DNA of 64,000 bases from the IMG/VR virus record IMGVR_UViG_3300027754_002682; one strand, given 5' to 3'. How positions within the stretch are numbered: position 1 is the first letter of the stretch; each line of letters starts with the position of its first letter. The stretch comes from an uncultured virus (IMG/VR IMGVR_UViG_3300027754_002682) (Duplodnaviria > Heunggongvirae > Uroviricota > Caudoviricetes). This document shows, piece by piece, positions 10,893 through 20,352 of the stretch. A program made the position numbers and the translations under genes. The notes beneath the pieces were generated by a model. That model was not told the origin of the DNA. It ran no database searches and saw nothing but the letters and a program-made list of their open reading frames with translations.

Positions 10893-11884
10893 TATGGTTT
10901 TGAATTTGGATTATATAAATGTTTATTTGCTTTATACCACTCAATTGTTTCTTTCAAAGCTTCTTTTAGATTTCTCTTTGGTTTCCATCCTAAATCGTTA
11001 ATCTTTTTAGAAGATAATAATCTAATTGGAATCATTGGTGCTTTGTTATTTACATATTCAATTGGATTGGTGTTGCCATCTAATTCTTTAATAGTTGCAA
11101 GTGTTTCATTTACTGTAAACCCTTCTCCATAACATACATTGAAAATATCATATGTATCGTTATTCTCTGCTACAAAGATAAAACCATCTGCCATATCTTC
11201 AACATGTAATAAATCTCTTACTTCCGTACCATCACCCCATACTGGTATTGGATTTAGACCATCTGCTACTTTACGAATATTTGCAGGAGTAACGTGACAT
11301 TTTTCAAAATCAAATTTATCATTAGGGCCAAATGCGTTTGAAGGTCTAACAATCAAACATTGCATTGGTTCGTGAATCTGATTTGAAAAGAAATCACATA
11401 ACATCTCACCATATCTTTTCATTCCACCAACTGCTTTATAAACTGGTAACATTGGTGTAGCATGTACATTCATATCTTCGGTACAAAATTCAGTTCCCAT
11501 ATCAGGGTAAGTTGTATTAGATGATATAAATAAAAACTTTCTAACTTTGTTTTTCCAACTTTGTTCCATTAAGTTTACATTCATTTCTACATTTGGAGTA
11601 ACATGTAATAATGGATTGAATTTGGTATCCAATGCGTTTGATGTGTTTGCTGCACAATGAAATACTACATCAACATCTTTACTAATCAATTCACAAAACT
11701 CTGCGGTTTGTAAATCACCTTTGATGTGTTCCACTTCCGATGTTCCTTCAAAGTCATTTCTCAAATCTCTACTAAATGATGTTGAACGAAGATTTCTATA
11801 TCCTTTTTCGTATAGTAATCTTAATAAATGTGAACCTATAAATCCACTTGCTCCTGTAACTAAAACCTTGTCTGTTTTTTTCAT
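10892..11884 (-). CDS. NAD-dependent epimerase/reductase (GDP-fucose-synthase-like extended SDR)
   Basis: TGASGFIG, RPSNAFGPND, VWGDGTEVRDLLHVED. Confidence 0.9.
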   Translation of the reverse strand: MKKTDKVLVTGASGFIGSHLLRLLYEKGYRNLRSTSFSRDLRNDFEGTSEVEHIKGDLQTAEFCELISKDVDVVFHCAANTSNALDTKFNPLLHVTPNVEMNVNLMEQSWKNKVRKFLFISSNTTYPDMGTEFCTEDMNVHATPMLPVYKAVGGMKRYGEMLCDFFSNQIHEPMQCLIVRPSNAFGPNDKFDFEKCHVTPANIRKVADGLNPIPVWGDGTEVRDLLHVEDMADGFIFVAENNDTYDIFNVCYGEGFTVNETLATIKELDGNTNPIEYVNNKAPMIPIRLLSSKKINDLGWKPKRNLKEALKETIEWYKANKHLYNPNSKP

Positions 11885-11891
11885 ATATTTT

Positions 11892-12992
11892 TTATTTAAA
11901 AATGTCCCACTTTAATACTACATCATTTACAAATTTTCTTGCCAACACAGATGATGTGTGTCCGTACCAACTATTATTTAAATATTTTCTTTGGTCATCT
12001 TCATCCATTCCATTCATTTCTCTCCATAATACTTTTGGTAAATTATATTTTTCATCATCTAAGTTTTCATTAAAATTTCTAATTGACCATTCTATTATCC
12101 CACCATTTTTATGTAATCCTTTTTCTTCAAAAAACCAAAAGTATTTATCAAAATCAATTCTATCGGAATATATTTTTACATATGGGTTTTTCTCATATAA
12201 ATTTGTATCATCCCAAGTATTGCAAATTAGTCTATCTTTTATCATACAATCGTATGTATCTATACCACTACCGAACAAACTTTTTACTTTTCCTTCTTCA
12301 TCATATGATGGTGGAGTTTTTGTATTATCCAAATGACTTTTTGAAAAATTATTATTCATTTGGAATGATTTTATTTTAGTTATACCCAAAGATTCTAAAT
12401 AAGAAAATAATCCAATCATTGAATCAAACCAATCTATATATCTTTCATCTTTTGATAAAATTGTATTAAGATATGACATTCCGAATTCTTGAAGACCATC
12501 AGGATTATTTGTTGGATTATAATATCCTCCTGTTAAATAATAATATCCATATTGATATGCATTATCTTTATTTTCCCACTTTATAAAATCATTAGTATGT
12601 GGTGGACTATCAAAGTTTTTTAAATAATTTTTAGAACAATTATTATCTTTATATATTTCGTTTGATATAAACCAAGATGTTCTAGTTAAAGAAGTCCATT
12701 GTGCTATTACAACTATATCTTCTGGTTTAATTCCTTTATTAAAAATTAAATCATTTACTTTATAAAAAATAGAACGGCATATGGTTTTATTATCATTTGT
12801 AATTGCACCATAGTTATAAAATTCAGCATCCACTTCCTTTCCCAACGTTTTCCATAACCAATGAAACCACGTATATATTTCTTTATCATCATTTTTCCAA
12901 AGATGTTCCGTTTTAGTGTATGGGTCTACATTTGGTCTAAAATTGCTAGTAAAAGAACAACCACTTGTTACTATGTGTAGTTTATTTTTCAT
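11892..12992 (-). CDS. SGNH/GDSL-like protein, paralogue of 7154..8263
   Basis: IVTSGCSFT, TNDN, AQWT, GYYYLTGGY, GGIIEWSI, C-terminal His. Confidence 0.6.
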   Translation of the reverse strand: MKNKLHIVTSGCSFTSNFRPNVDPYTKTEHLWKNDDKEIYTWFHWLWKTLGKEVDAEFYNYGAITNDNKTICRSIFYKVNDLIFNKGIKPEDIVVIAQWTSLTRTSWFISNEIYKDNNCSKNYLKNFDSPPHTNDFIKWENKDNAYQYGYYYLTGGYYNPTNNPDGLQEFGMSYLNTILSKDERYIDWFDSMIGLFSYLESLGITKIKSFQMNNNFSKSHLDNTKTPPSYDEEGKVKSLFGSGIDTYDCMIKDRLICNTWDDTNLYEKNPYVKIYSDRIDFDKYFWFFEEKGLHKNGGIIEWSIRNFNENLDDEKYNLPKVLWREMNGMDEDDQRKYLNNSWYGHTSSVLARKFVNDVVLKWDIFK

Positions 12993-12996
12993 TTAT

Positions 12997-13028
12997 TAAA
13001 TATACGAATAATTTTTTGAATTTACAAA
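12997..13028 (-). promoter_or_regulatory. Putative Bacteroidota-type promoter TTTG-N20-TATATTTA
   Basis: Same motif and spacing at five intergenic sites; 4 nt before ATG 12992. Confidence 0.7.
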
Positions 13029-14027
13029 TTATAATCTACTTTTATATTCTAAAATTGATTTAGTTAATCCTTCTTTTAAAGTTGTTTTTGGTAAAATACC
13101 ATATTGCTTTTGTTTGTCGGCACCTAAACATCTAATTGGGTCACCATTTGTTTTTGTAGAATCCCATGTAATAACTTTTGTTTTACCTGTTAATTCTTTG
13201 TAACACTCAACAATAGTTTCAATTGTTTCTTTGATAGTAACTGCTTCTGCACATCCAAAATTGATTATATCACTAACTTCTTTTTTAACCACATCAATTG
13301 CAGCCTGTGCAACATCATCTCCGAATACAAAATCTCTACGTGATGAACCATCTCCCCAACAAACCATTTCCTCACCTTCTACATTAAATAATTTCCAAAT
13401 ATTAGAACTAATAACAGTTGCATCTTGTGCAAAGTTATCATTTACACCATATATGTTTGAAGGTCTAATTACTGTATAATTTTTCCAACCATATTGAACT
13501 CTTAAAGAATCCAAAGTTAATTCACCCATTCTTTTTGTCCAACCTGGATGCCAATCTAAACGAGATGGTGTAGATGCCCAAGTTTCTTCTTGATTCCATG
13601 TATCACCCTCATTCATTACATCTGCTGGCTTATATACTCCAACCGATGAAAGATATACAAACCAATCTACTTTTGCGTCAAATGATGCTTTAATCATATT
13701 AGTATTGAACATCAACATTGGAAATAAATAATCCGCAGGCTGTGTCGATGACCTTGCTGGTGAACCTTTAACACCCGCTATATGTAGAACAATATCTATT
13801 TTTTCTCCTTTAAATAAATCTTCACAATGAGAAAGATATGTAAGGTCTGTTTTAACTAATACCAACCATTCTTTACCATATTGTTGTTGTAAAAACAAAA
13901 TATTATCACTAAATTTTAAATCAACTGCAAATACCTTTGCACCTTCATCTAAACATTTTTTAACTGCTGGTAATCCTACCAAGCCGTTTGCTCCGGTTAT
14001 AATAACCTTTTTTCCTGTAAATTCCAT
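13029..14027 (-). CDS. NAD-dependent epimerase/reductase (GDP-fucose-synthase-like extended SDR)
   Basis: TGANGLVG, RPSNIYGVNDNF, WGDGSSRRDFVF. Confidence 0.9.
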   Translation of the reverse strand: MEFTGKKVIITGANGLVGLPAVKKCLDEGAKVFAVDLKFSDNILFLQQQYGKEWLVLVKTDLTYLSHCEDLFKGEKIDIVLHIAGVKGSPARSSTQPADYLFPMLMFNTNMIKASFDAKVDWFVYLSSVGVYKPADVMNEGDTWNQEETWASTPSRLDWHPGWTKRMGELTLDSLRVQYGWKNYTVIRPSNIYGVNDNFAQDATVISSNIWKLFNVEGEEMVCWGDGSSRRDFVFGDDVAQAAIDVVKKEVSDIINFGCAEAVTIKETIETIVECYKELTGKTKVITWDSTKTNGDPIRCLGADKQKQYGILPKTTLKEGLTKSILEYKSRL

Positions 14028-15385
14028 TATATGTGTTTTTTTAAATTTTCTATAAACATTGTTTTATTTGCAAATTCTATTGCAAAATTTCTATTGTATT
14101 CTAATATAGGTATTATACTAATATACCATTGGTGAATTTCATCTAAAGATAGTTTTGATAATCTATCTATTTCATTACATATTTTTTCAAATCGTAATTC
14201 ATTATTATATTCTAAATCATAACTCTCATCTATAAAACCATCAAATGTTTTAAATCCTAATGATTGTATATATTTTAAATATCCAGGTGCACCAACTAAA
14301 ATAAATGGTTGTAATACTACCATTGGATTTATTATTTTTTCAGTTGGAAATATATCATTTTTAAAATTAGTTTCCGTAACAATATGAATGTATGAATCCA
14401 AATATATTTCCTTTTTAAATGCTCTCATTGATTCAAATGATTCTCGTTGGCTTTCCGTTAGTAATTCAGTATCCATTTGAATTGGTAATTTTTCTATAAA
14501 AGAATCCATTGCATTTTTTAAAGAATCATTTAATTCCGAATTCAAATCTGGCATAAATTGTGCATTAAATGGTTTAAATAAAAATGATGCATACATTTTA
14601 TCCCATAGATTTTTTGATTCAAAAAAACATCCTAATGTAAATCTATGTTCTTTATTTGAATTTCTATTTGGACAAACAAAATGTTTAGTTCGTTTGTTTA
14701 AAACATCAGTTAAATTAAACCATTCGGATTTATAACCCAACCTATAATGTGGTTGTTTTTTTAAATCTTCAATTTTTTTACAACTTGAAATTAATAAATT
14801 ATTTTCAAAATAAAAAATAAAATTCATTTTTTGAATTTCTGGATATAAATCAAATAAATTTGAAGAACCACCAAAAAATATAAAATCAGATTCTTTTAAA
14901 TTTATTTTTTTAATTTCTGTTGAAAATTTTGATAAAAAATTAATATCTGAAAATGGTTCATGTGATATATTAAATATAAATTTTAATTTATTTAGTTTTG
15001 CTAATTCAATTGCTTCATTTGAAACTACTTTTGTAAATTTAATAGATTGCTCGACCACATCATTTCTTTTTACAGAAGCTTCTTCAATAAAATAATTATG
15101 ACTACCAAAAATTTCTATTGGGTAAAATAACATTTCACCATTATAATTTTGATAATCCACATCTTTTAATATGGTATATTTTCCACCATTTCTATCTATA
15201 ATATTTCCTCTTAATTCCGAATGATTTGATGCTAATTCAAATTTACTTCTTAATTTATTAAAATATTCTCTTTCATCCAATGTATTTGCATAATCACATA
15301 ATTCATCACCCCATCCATTTGGATATGGTGTGTTTCTTTTAAAATCGTATCTATCGTAGGCTAATGTCATCATATTAAAATGCAA
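14027..15385 (-). CDS. Putative glycosyltransferase (GT10-like motif), paralogue 3
   Basis: HIVTET...FPTEKIINP...QPFIL...GFKTF...IDESYD. Confidence 0.5.
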   Translation of the reverse strand: MHFNMMTLAYDRYDFKRNTPYPNGWGDELCDYANTLDEREYFNKLRSKFELASNHSELRGNIIDRNGGKYTILKDVDYQNYNGEMLFYPIEIFGSHNYFIEEASVKRNDVVEQSIKFTKVVSNEAIELAKLNKLKFIFNISHEPFSDINFLSKFSTEIKKINLKESDFIFFGGSSNLFDLYPEIQKMNFIFYFENNLLISSCKKIEDLKKQPHYRLGYKSEWFNLTDVLNKRTKHFVCPNRNSNKEHRFTLGCFFESKNLWDKMYASFLFKPFNAQFMPDLNSELNDSLKNAMDSFIEKLPIQMDTELLTESQRESFESMRAFKKEIYLDSYIHIVTETNFKNDIFPTEKIINPMVVLQPFILVGAPGYLKYIQSLGFKTFDGFIDESYDLEYNNELRFEKICNEIDRLSKLSLDEIHQWYISIIPILEYNRNFAIEFANKTMFIENLKKHI

Positions 15386-16004
15386 TCCATTTGCCTGTTC
15401 CGTAATGTGGAAATTTTGATTTGTATGTATAATATATTACATCCAATGGTATTTCTCTTTTTGTATTCCAAGTTACTTCTGTTGGTGTATAAGTTGAAAC
15501 ATCATTATCTTCTACTACAAATACAATTGGTAAGTCAAAGTTTTTTGCATACTTGTGCACTTCATAGAATATACCACTTTCAAATGACATATCACCTACA
15601 AACACAAATACTTTTTCATCACTACCTTTTTGTTTAATTCCCATTGCAACTCCTAATGCAATTGATAGAGTGCCACCTACAATTGCCGATGCGTAAAACT
15701 TTTCATCCATATTACAAAGAGTAATTGATTTTCCTTTTAGGATTTCTTCTTCAATCCAAACAGGACATACATCTTTTAATAATGCATGATAATGAGAACG
15801 CCAGGTTGAAAATACCCAGTCTGATGTTTTAATTCTTTTAAATATCTCAATTAGTTGTTCCTCATTTCCGTTTGATAAATGAATAGGGCCTCTAATTTTT
15901 GCATTTCCCCAATGGGTAACAATTAATTCTTCAAAATTAATTAAATCTTCTGCTGTTTGTTTAATATCTCTTACTATTGGATATTGTTCTAAATTTTGTA
16001 TCAT
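15375..16004 (-). CDS. TPP-dependent enzyme, E1-alpha-like (short); start probably ATG 16004
   Basis: GPIHLSNGNE, STWRSHYH, SAIVGG, GDM...VEDN TPP motif; ATGA overlap with upstream gene. Confidence 0.88.
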   Translation of the reverse strand: MIQNLEQYPIVRDIKQTAEDLINFEELIVTHWGNAKIRGPIHLSNGNEEQLIEIFKRIKTSDWVFSTWRSHYHALLKDVCPVWIEEEILKGKSITLCNMDEKFYASAIVGGTLSIALGVAMGIKQKGSDEKVFVFVGDMSFESGIFYEVHKYAKNFDLPIVFVVEDNDVSTYTPTEVTWNTKREIPLDVIYYTYKSKFPHYGTGKWIAF

Positions 16005-16537
16005 CTGTCTCTTTTTTGTAATATTGGGTTTGTTGTTGGCCATTCCATTTGATATTCCGGGTCATTCCATTTAACTACACCTTGCTCATCTGCATCCACA
16101 TACCCATCTTTATAAAATAGATTATAATGGAACATACAATCGGTTAATGCATAGTGGCCGTTTGCAAAACCAGGTGGAACTAATACTTGATTTCTATCTT
16201 TCTCAGTTATCATAAAAGATTCCCACTCTCCAAAGGTAGAACTATTTTTTCTCATATCCAAAACAATTAGGTAAATATCCCCAACTGCTGCTTGAACTAA
16301 TTTCCAAGTCTTATTATCATAATGTAATCCTCTTAATACACCTTTGTATGATTTTGAGAATCTACCATGTACTTCATTTCCTTCACCTATTTTTGTCATA
16401 ACAGGGTGTGCACCTGAATGAAAGGTTGTAAATATTTCACCTCTATATTCTCTATAAATTGATGGAGTATATGTTGGTACTTCATAACCAAATTTTTTCG
16501 ATGGAGTAATTTGAAACTCATCCCATTTATTATTCAT
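16001..16537 (-). CDS. rmlC: NDP-4-keto-6-deoxyhexose 3,5-epimerase family (RmlC-like cupin)
   Basis: RGEIF, SYKGVLRGLH, D.R..S.TFG.W, VPPGFANG. Confidence 0.88.
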   Translation of the reverse strand: MNNKWDEFQITPSKKFGYEVPTYTPSIYREYRGEIFTTFHSGAHPVMTKIGEGNEVHGRFSKSYKGVLRGLHYDNKTWKLVQAAVGDIYLIVLDMRKNSSTFGEWESFMITEKDRNQVLVPPGFANGHYALTDCMFHYNLFYKDGYVDADEQGVVKWNDPEYQMEWPTTNPILQKRDR

Positions 16538-17192
16538 TTAGTTTTAAATTTAATATATGTTGATAAAGATTTTCAGCCATTAGTTTATGTCCTTTATCAC
16601 TAAAATGACAATCATCCGTTTCGGTTTGGTTATTTGACCAATCGGTATTAGATTTATCGTAAAATTGCATTTTTTTATATTCATCTAATAAAAAAATATC
16701 ACCTAAATTCATTCTATCCGTTTTTAAAAAAATAACTTTAATATTGTAATTTTTAAGCATGTTTTGAAAATTAAAATTATTTGTATCAAAAACTTCTTTT
16801 GAAAATTTATCATTTATAAAATTTTCTTCATATAACTTAAAAAATTGAATTTCTTCTTTTTCTTTTTGCCATAAATAGGAATCAGGTTTAAATCTAATTA
16901 ACTTTCCATCGTCATAGGGTTCTTCTGTATTTATAGATATTTCAAAACCAAATCTACTCCAAAATTCACATCTAATTTCGGAGGTGTATTGGATAATAAC
17001 TAAGTCATCGGATGTTAAATTACCATCTATTATGTGTTTAGTAATCATTCTCCAAATTCTATAATTACTACCACATCCCGCAGCACAATTTACTAATTCA
17101 TAATTTAATAACTTGGATAGTTCTTCTGGATAACTTGTTTTACAATTATTACGAATAGAAATACTACAACCTGCAACAAATAGTTTTTTCAT
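16530..17192 (-). CDS. SGNH/GDSL-like protein
   Basis: FVAGCSIS, NCAAGCGSN, IIQYT, DDCHFSDKGH. Confidence 0.7.
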   Translation of the reverse strand: MKKLFVAGCSISIRNNCKTSYPEELSKLLNYELVNCAAGCGSNYRIWRMITKHIIDGNLTSDDLVIIQYTSEIRCEFWSRFGFEISINTEEPYDDGKLIRFKPDSYLWQKEKEEIQFFKLYEENFINDKFSKEVFDTNNFNFQNMLKNYNIKVIFLKTDRMNLGDIFLLDEYKKMQFYDKSNTDWSNNQTETDDCHFSDKGHKLMAENLYQHILNLKLNE

Positions 17193-17193
17193 A

Positions 17194-18165
17194 TTATGTT
17201 TGATTTGCGTATCCTAAAGGAAAACCGTTTCTAAATTCAAAACCCATTTTTGGTACTATCATTTGATATGCCATTATGAGTTCTTTAATACCTCTATCTA
17301 AATCCCATTGTGGGCCCCATCCTGTTGCTTCTAACTTATCATTTGATACAATGTAGTTCCTCTTATCTGGGTCCTCATAATAGTCATCGTAGACCACAGC
17401 AAAGTCTTTTACATGAGATTGTATTTTTTCTAATAGCTCTTGTTTTGAAAGATTTGCTTTACTTAATCCTACATTAAAAACTTCACCTTTATATTTGTCA
17501 TAATGTTGAATCATAAAACAAAAAGTAAATGCTACATCTTGAATATGAATAAAGTTTCTTTTAAATTCTTTTTCAAATACTACAATATATTTGTCCGTTA
17601 TTGCTTTATAAACAAAATCATTTACCAACAAGTCCGTTCTCATTCTTGGTGAAACTCCAAAGACAGTTGCTAATCTAAATATGATTGCATCCGTTGATGT
17701 TCTTAAAAAGTTTTCAGCTTCACATTTGGTTTGACCATAGATTGATATTGGAGTAAGTGGGGATTCTTCAGTACATTCCATTTGACCGGTACTTAAACCA
17801 TATCCACTATTTGTATTTGGATATAAAATCTTTTTACCTTTTCCGTTTGTAAATTTAACAATATTAACTATTTGGTCAAAGTTTATTTCTTTTGCCAATT
17901 TTGGGTCTTGTGCACATGCAGGAAATCCCACAATTGCTGCTAATGGAATAATTATATCTGCCTCATTACAAAGTTTTTCTAACAAAACTTCGTTACGAAC
18001 ATCACCATGTATAAATTTAAATTTTGATTTTGATGTGTATTGTAATAGGGAGGTTTGGTTGAATAATAATTTATCCAAAACAATAACCTCATAACTTTGT
18101 TCTAATAGTTTTCCAACTAATACTGAACCCAAATAACCTGCACCACCTGTGATTAAAACTTTCAT
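17194..18165 (-). CDS. NAD-dependent epimerase/dehydratase (extended SDR)
   Basis: TGGAGYLG, LAAIVG, canonical YGQTK, RLATVFG. Confidence 0.92.
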   Translation of the reverse strand: MKVLITGGAGYLGSVLVGKLLEQSYEVIVLDKLLFNQTSLLQYTSKSKFKFIHGDVRNEVLLEKLCNEADIIIPLAAIVGFPACAQDPKLAKEINFDQIVNIVKFTNGKGKKILYPNTNSGYGLSTGQMECTEESPLTPISIYGQTKCEAENFLRTSTDAIIFRLATVFGVSPRMRTDLLVNDFVYKAITDKYIVVFEKEFKRNFIHIQDVAFTFCFMIQHYDKYKGEVFNVGLSKANLSKQELLEKIQSHVKDFAVVYDDYYEDPDKRNYIVSNDKLEATGWGPQWDLDRGIKELIMAYQMIVPKMGFEFRNGFPLGYANQT

Positions 18166-18929
18166 TAAAAATAAATATTTTTTTCTATATAAAATTGAGG
18201 ATAATTTCCACTAAAACTTATATCCCATACTTTGTATCTATTGTAATGATTAAAATCACAAAAGAATGCAAAATGTTTTCTTAATGGAAAATTATAATTT
18301 AATTTTCTTAAATTATTAAAAACTATATGACTATATTTTTCTTTATAATTGTCAACTATATCATATACTTCTTCTATTTTTAAATTTTTATTTAAAATAA
18401 AACACATATTGTATTCAAATTCACCAATTGCTTTATGTTCTTCTGGTCCAATCATACTACCACATCCAAACCAAAAAAATGCATCTTTATATGGCATTTT
18501 TTCATAATTATCAAATTTAATAGTACCAACCAATTTTTTGTTGACATAACAATCAATTTTTCTATCTTCAAAATTTTCACAAATCATTGTGAAATCATTA
18601 AATTCATTTATTTCTTTATTAGATAATTCATAATATATTTGTTTTGGTAATCTTTCAAATGTACCATCCGTATTTGTCTTAATAGTCCAATATGTAAAAA
18701 CTATATTTGGATGTTTATTACCATCAATAAAAGCACTAATACCGGAATGCATTCCATTTCTAGCTAGTAAAAATTGTTCTGTTTCTATTGGCATCAATTC
18801 TGGAAATACTTTTGCTGATAAAAATAATGTAAAATCTTTATCCATATGGCCATCTATTCTTTCTGAAACAGAATATCTACTTTCAGGTAATATAAAAAAT
18901 ATATTATCTTTATTTACTCTTAAACTCAT
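18165..18929 (-). CDS. Stand-alone LamG/concanavalin-A-like domain protein
   Basis: DFTL...CYVNKKLV...FWFGCG...DF pattern resembling LamG inserts of neighbouring GT7s. Confidence 0.5.
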   Translation of the reverse strand: MSLRVNKDNIFFILPESRYSVSERIDGHMDKDFTLFLSAKVFPELMPIETEQFLLARNGMHSGISAFIDGNKHPNIVFTYWTIKTNTDGTFERLPKQIYYELSNKEINEFNDFTMICENFEDRKIDCYVNKKLVGTIKFDNYEKMPYKDAFFWFGCGSMIGPEEHKAIGEFEYNMCFILNKNLKIEEVYDIVDNYKEKYSHIVFNNLRKLNYNFPLRKHFAFFCDFNHYNRYKVWDISFSGNYPQFYIEKNIYF

Positions 18930-18932
18930 AAT

Positions 18933-20348
18933 TTAAACTTTAATTGTTTTGCAGAAATGATAAAATTCTTCTAATTCTGGAAATGTTTTACAAAAATCCG
19001 TTCCTCTTCTTAAATCGTGATTAGAAAAGTATTGATAAAAACTATATCTATTTTTCATCTGTTGTATGGAATCTTGTGGTGCTAACATCCAATCATAAAT
19101 TCTTTTTAGTTTTTGTACTTCGACATCACTATATCCAATATGTTCTGGACTAAAAGATGGTGCTGCGTAATAAGTAATCAATTTTGCTTGGTCTAAAATA
19201 TATTTAGAATAATCATATGGTAATACCTGTACAGTTTGATGTAATGGAAATCTCAAATATGATGAATCTAAAAATACTGCAGAACTCCAATATCTGTCAT
19301 TACTTGCATATGTATCTTTTAATGTATAAATGTTATGTATTAAATTTTCATAATTAAATACACTCAATGCATTGTAAGTTGACATAAATGTAATAATAAC
19401 TCTCGGACATGCAGTAAGAATCATATTTACATGGTCCCAGAACTTATTAAATTCTAATCCCGTTCTAATATATTCCGCTTGTTCACCCCAGGTATCTACT
19501 GATGTAAATATTACGATTTCTTTTACTCTATTTTCGTCTTCAATTTTTTTAATTTTTTGAATTAATTTTTCTACTAATGCAGTTGGAACTCCTAAATTAG
19601 AATTGATTGCTAATTTTAATTCTCTATTTGGGTTGTCCTGTGCTAAAATAAAATCCAATACACCCCATGTATCTTTTGATAACAGTGGTTCACCTCCTGT
19701 AATTCTAAATGTATGCAAATCTCTATACAAATCCGGCCACCATTTCCAAAATGCTTCTACATATGGATTGTGGTCTTTATGTGGAATTGGCATTTTGTCT
19801 TCTCTAACCAACCATTCCGGTGAGTTAAATCCATCTAATGTTGGATAACCACCATATTGTTCAACTTCTTCTACCCATGTTGAACTAAATGCCGGGCCGC
19901 AATATGAACATTTAAAATTACAAGCATTACTAAATGCTACTTCTACATATTTTGGATTATAATCATCTCTCCAATCTAAGTTTTTAATTTCTTCCATAAA
20001 AGGATAAGACCAACTTTCTCCTGATTTAAAAATTCTATCGCTAAATCTATCGGAGTTATCTTCTACACCCCAACAATAATCACATTCTTCGGGTCTTGCA
20101 CCTTGTAACATTTCTTTTCTACGAAGTTTTTTATATCTTGTATTATGAAGTGCAGATGGGTTTCTAGCTATTTCCGTTTCTGATATTTTGTGTGTACGAG
20201 GGTGGTGACATGAGTGATTGTGGCCGCTTTGTAATTGTAAAGTTACTTGTGTCCATTTTGCTAAACACATTCCAGGACCCACTGCATCTAATTCTTCTTT
20301 AGCTCTTATGTATATCGGATTTTCCGAGTATGATTTTTCGTCTGCCAT
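18933..20348 (-). CDS. Radical SAM protein with N-terminal twitch/SPASM-like Cys domain
   Basis: CNFKCSYC, ITGGEPLL, N-terminal CLAKW...SCHH...ECDYCW. Confidence 0.92.
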   Translation of the reverse strand: MADEKSYSENPIYIRAKEELDAVGPGMCLAKWTQVTLQLQSGHNHSCHHPRTHKISETEIARNPSALHNTRYKKLRRKEMLQGARPEECDYCWGVEDNSDRFSDRIFKSGESWSYPFMEEIKNLDWRDDYNPKYVEVAFSNACNFKCSYCGPAFSSTWVEEVEQYGGYPTLDGFNSPEWLVREDKMPIPHKDHNPYVEAFWKWWPDLYRDLHTFRITGGEPLLSKDTWGVLDFILAQDNPNRELKLAINSNLGVPTALVEKLIQKIKKIEDENRVKEIVIFTSVDTWGEQAEYIRTGLEFNKFWDHVNMILTACPRVIITFMSTYNALSVFNYENLIHNIYTLKDTYASNDRYWSSAVFLDSSYLRFPLHQTVQVLPYDYSKYILDQAKLITYYAAPSFSPEHIGYSDVEVQKLKRIYDWMLAPQDSIQQMKNRYSFYQYFSNHDLRRGTDFCKTFPELEEFYHFCKTIKV

Positions 20349-20352
20349 AATT

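Noticed and set aside
10362..16043. Pyruvate dehydrogenase auxiliary metabolic genes
   Set aside because: Both subunits are truncated, no E2/E3 is in the window, and the context is NDP-sugar enzymes
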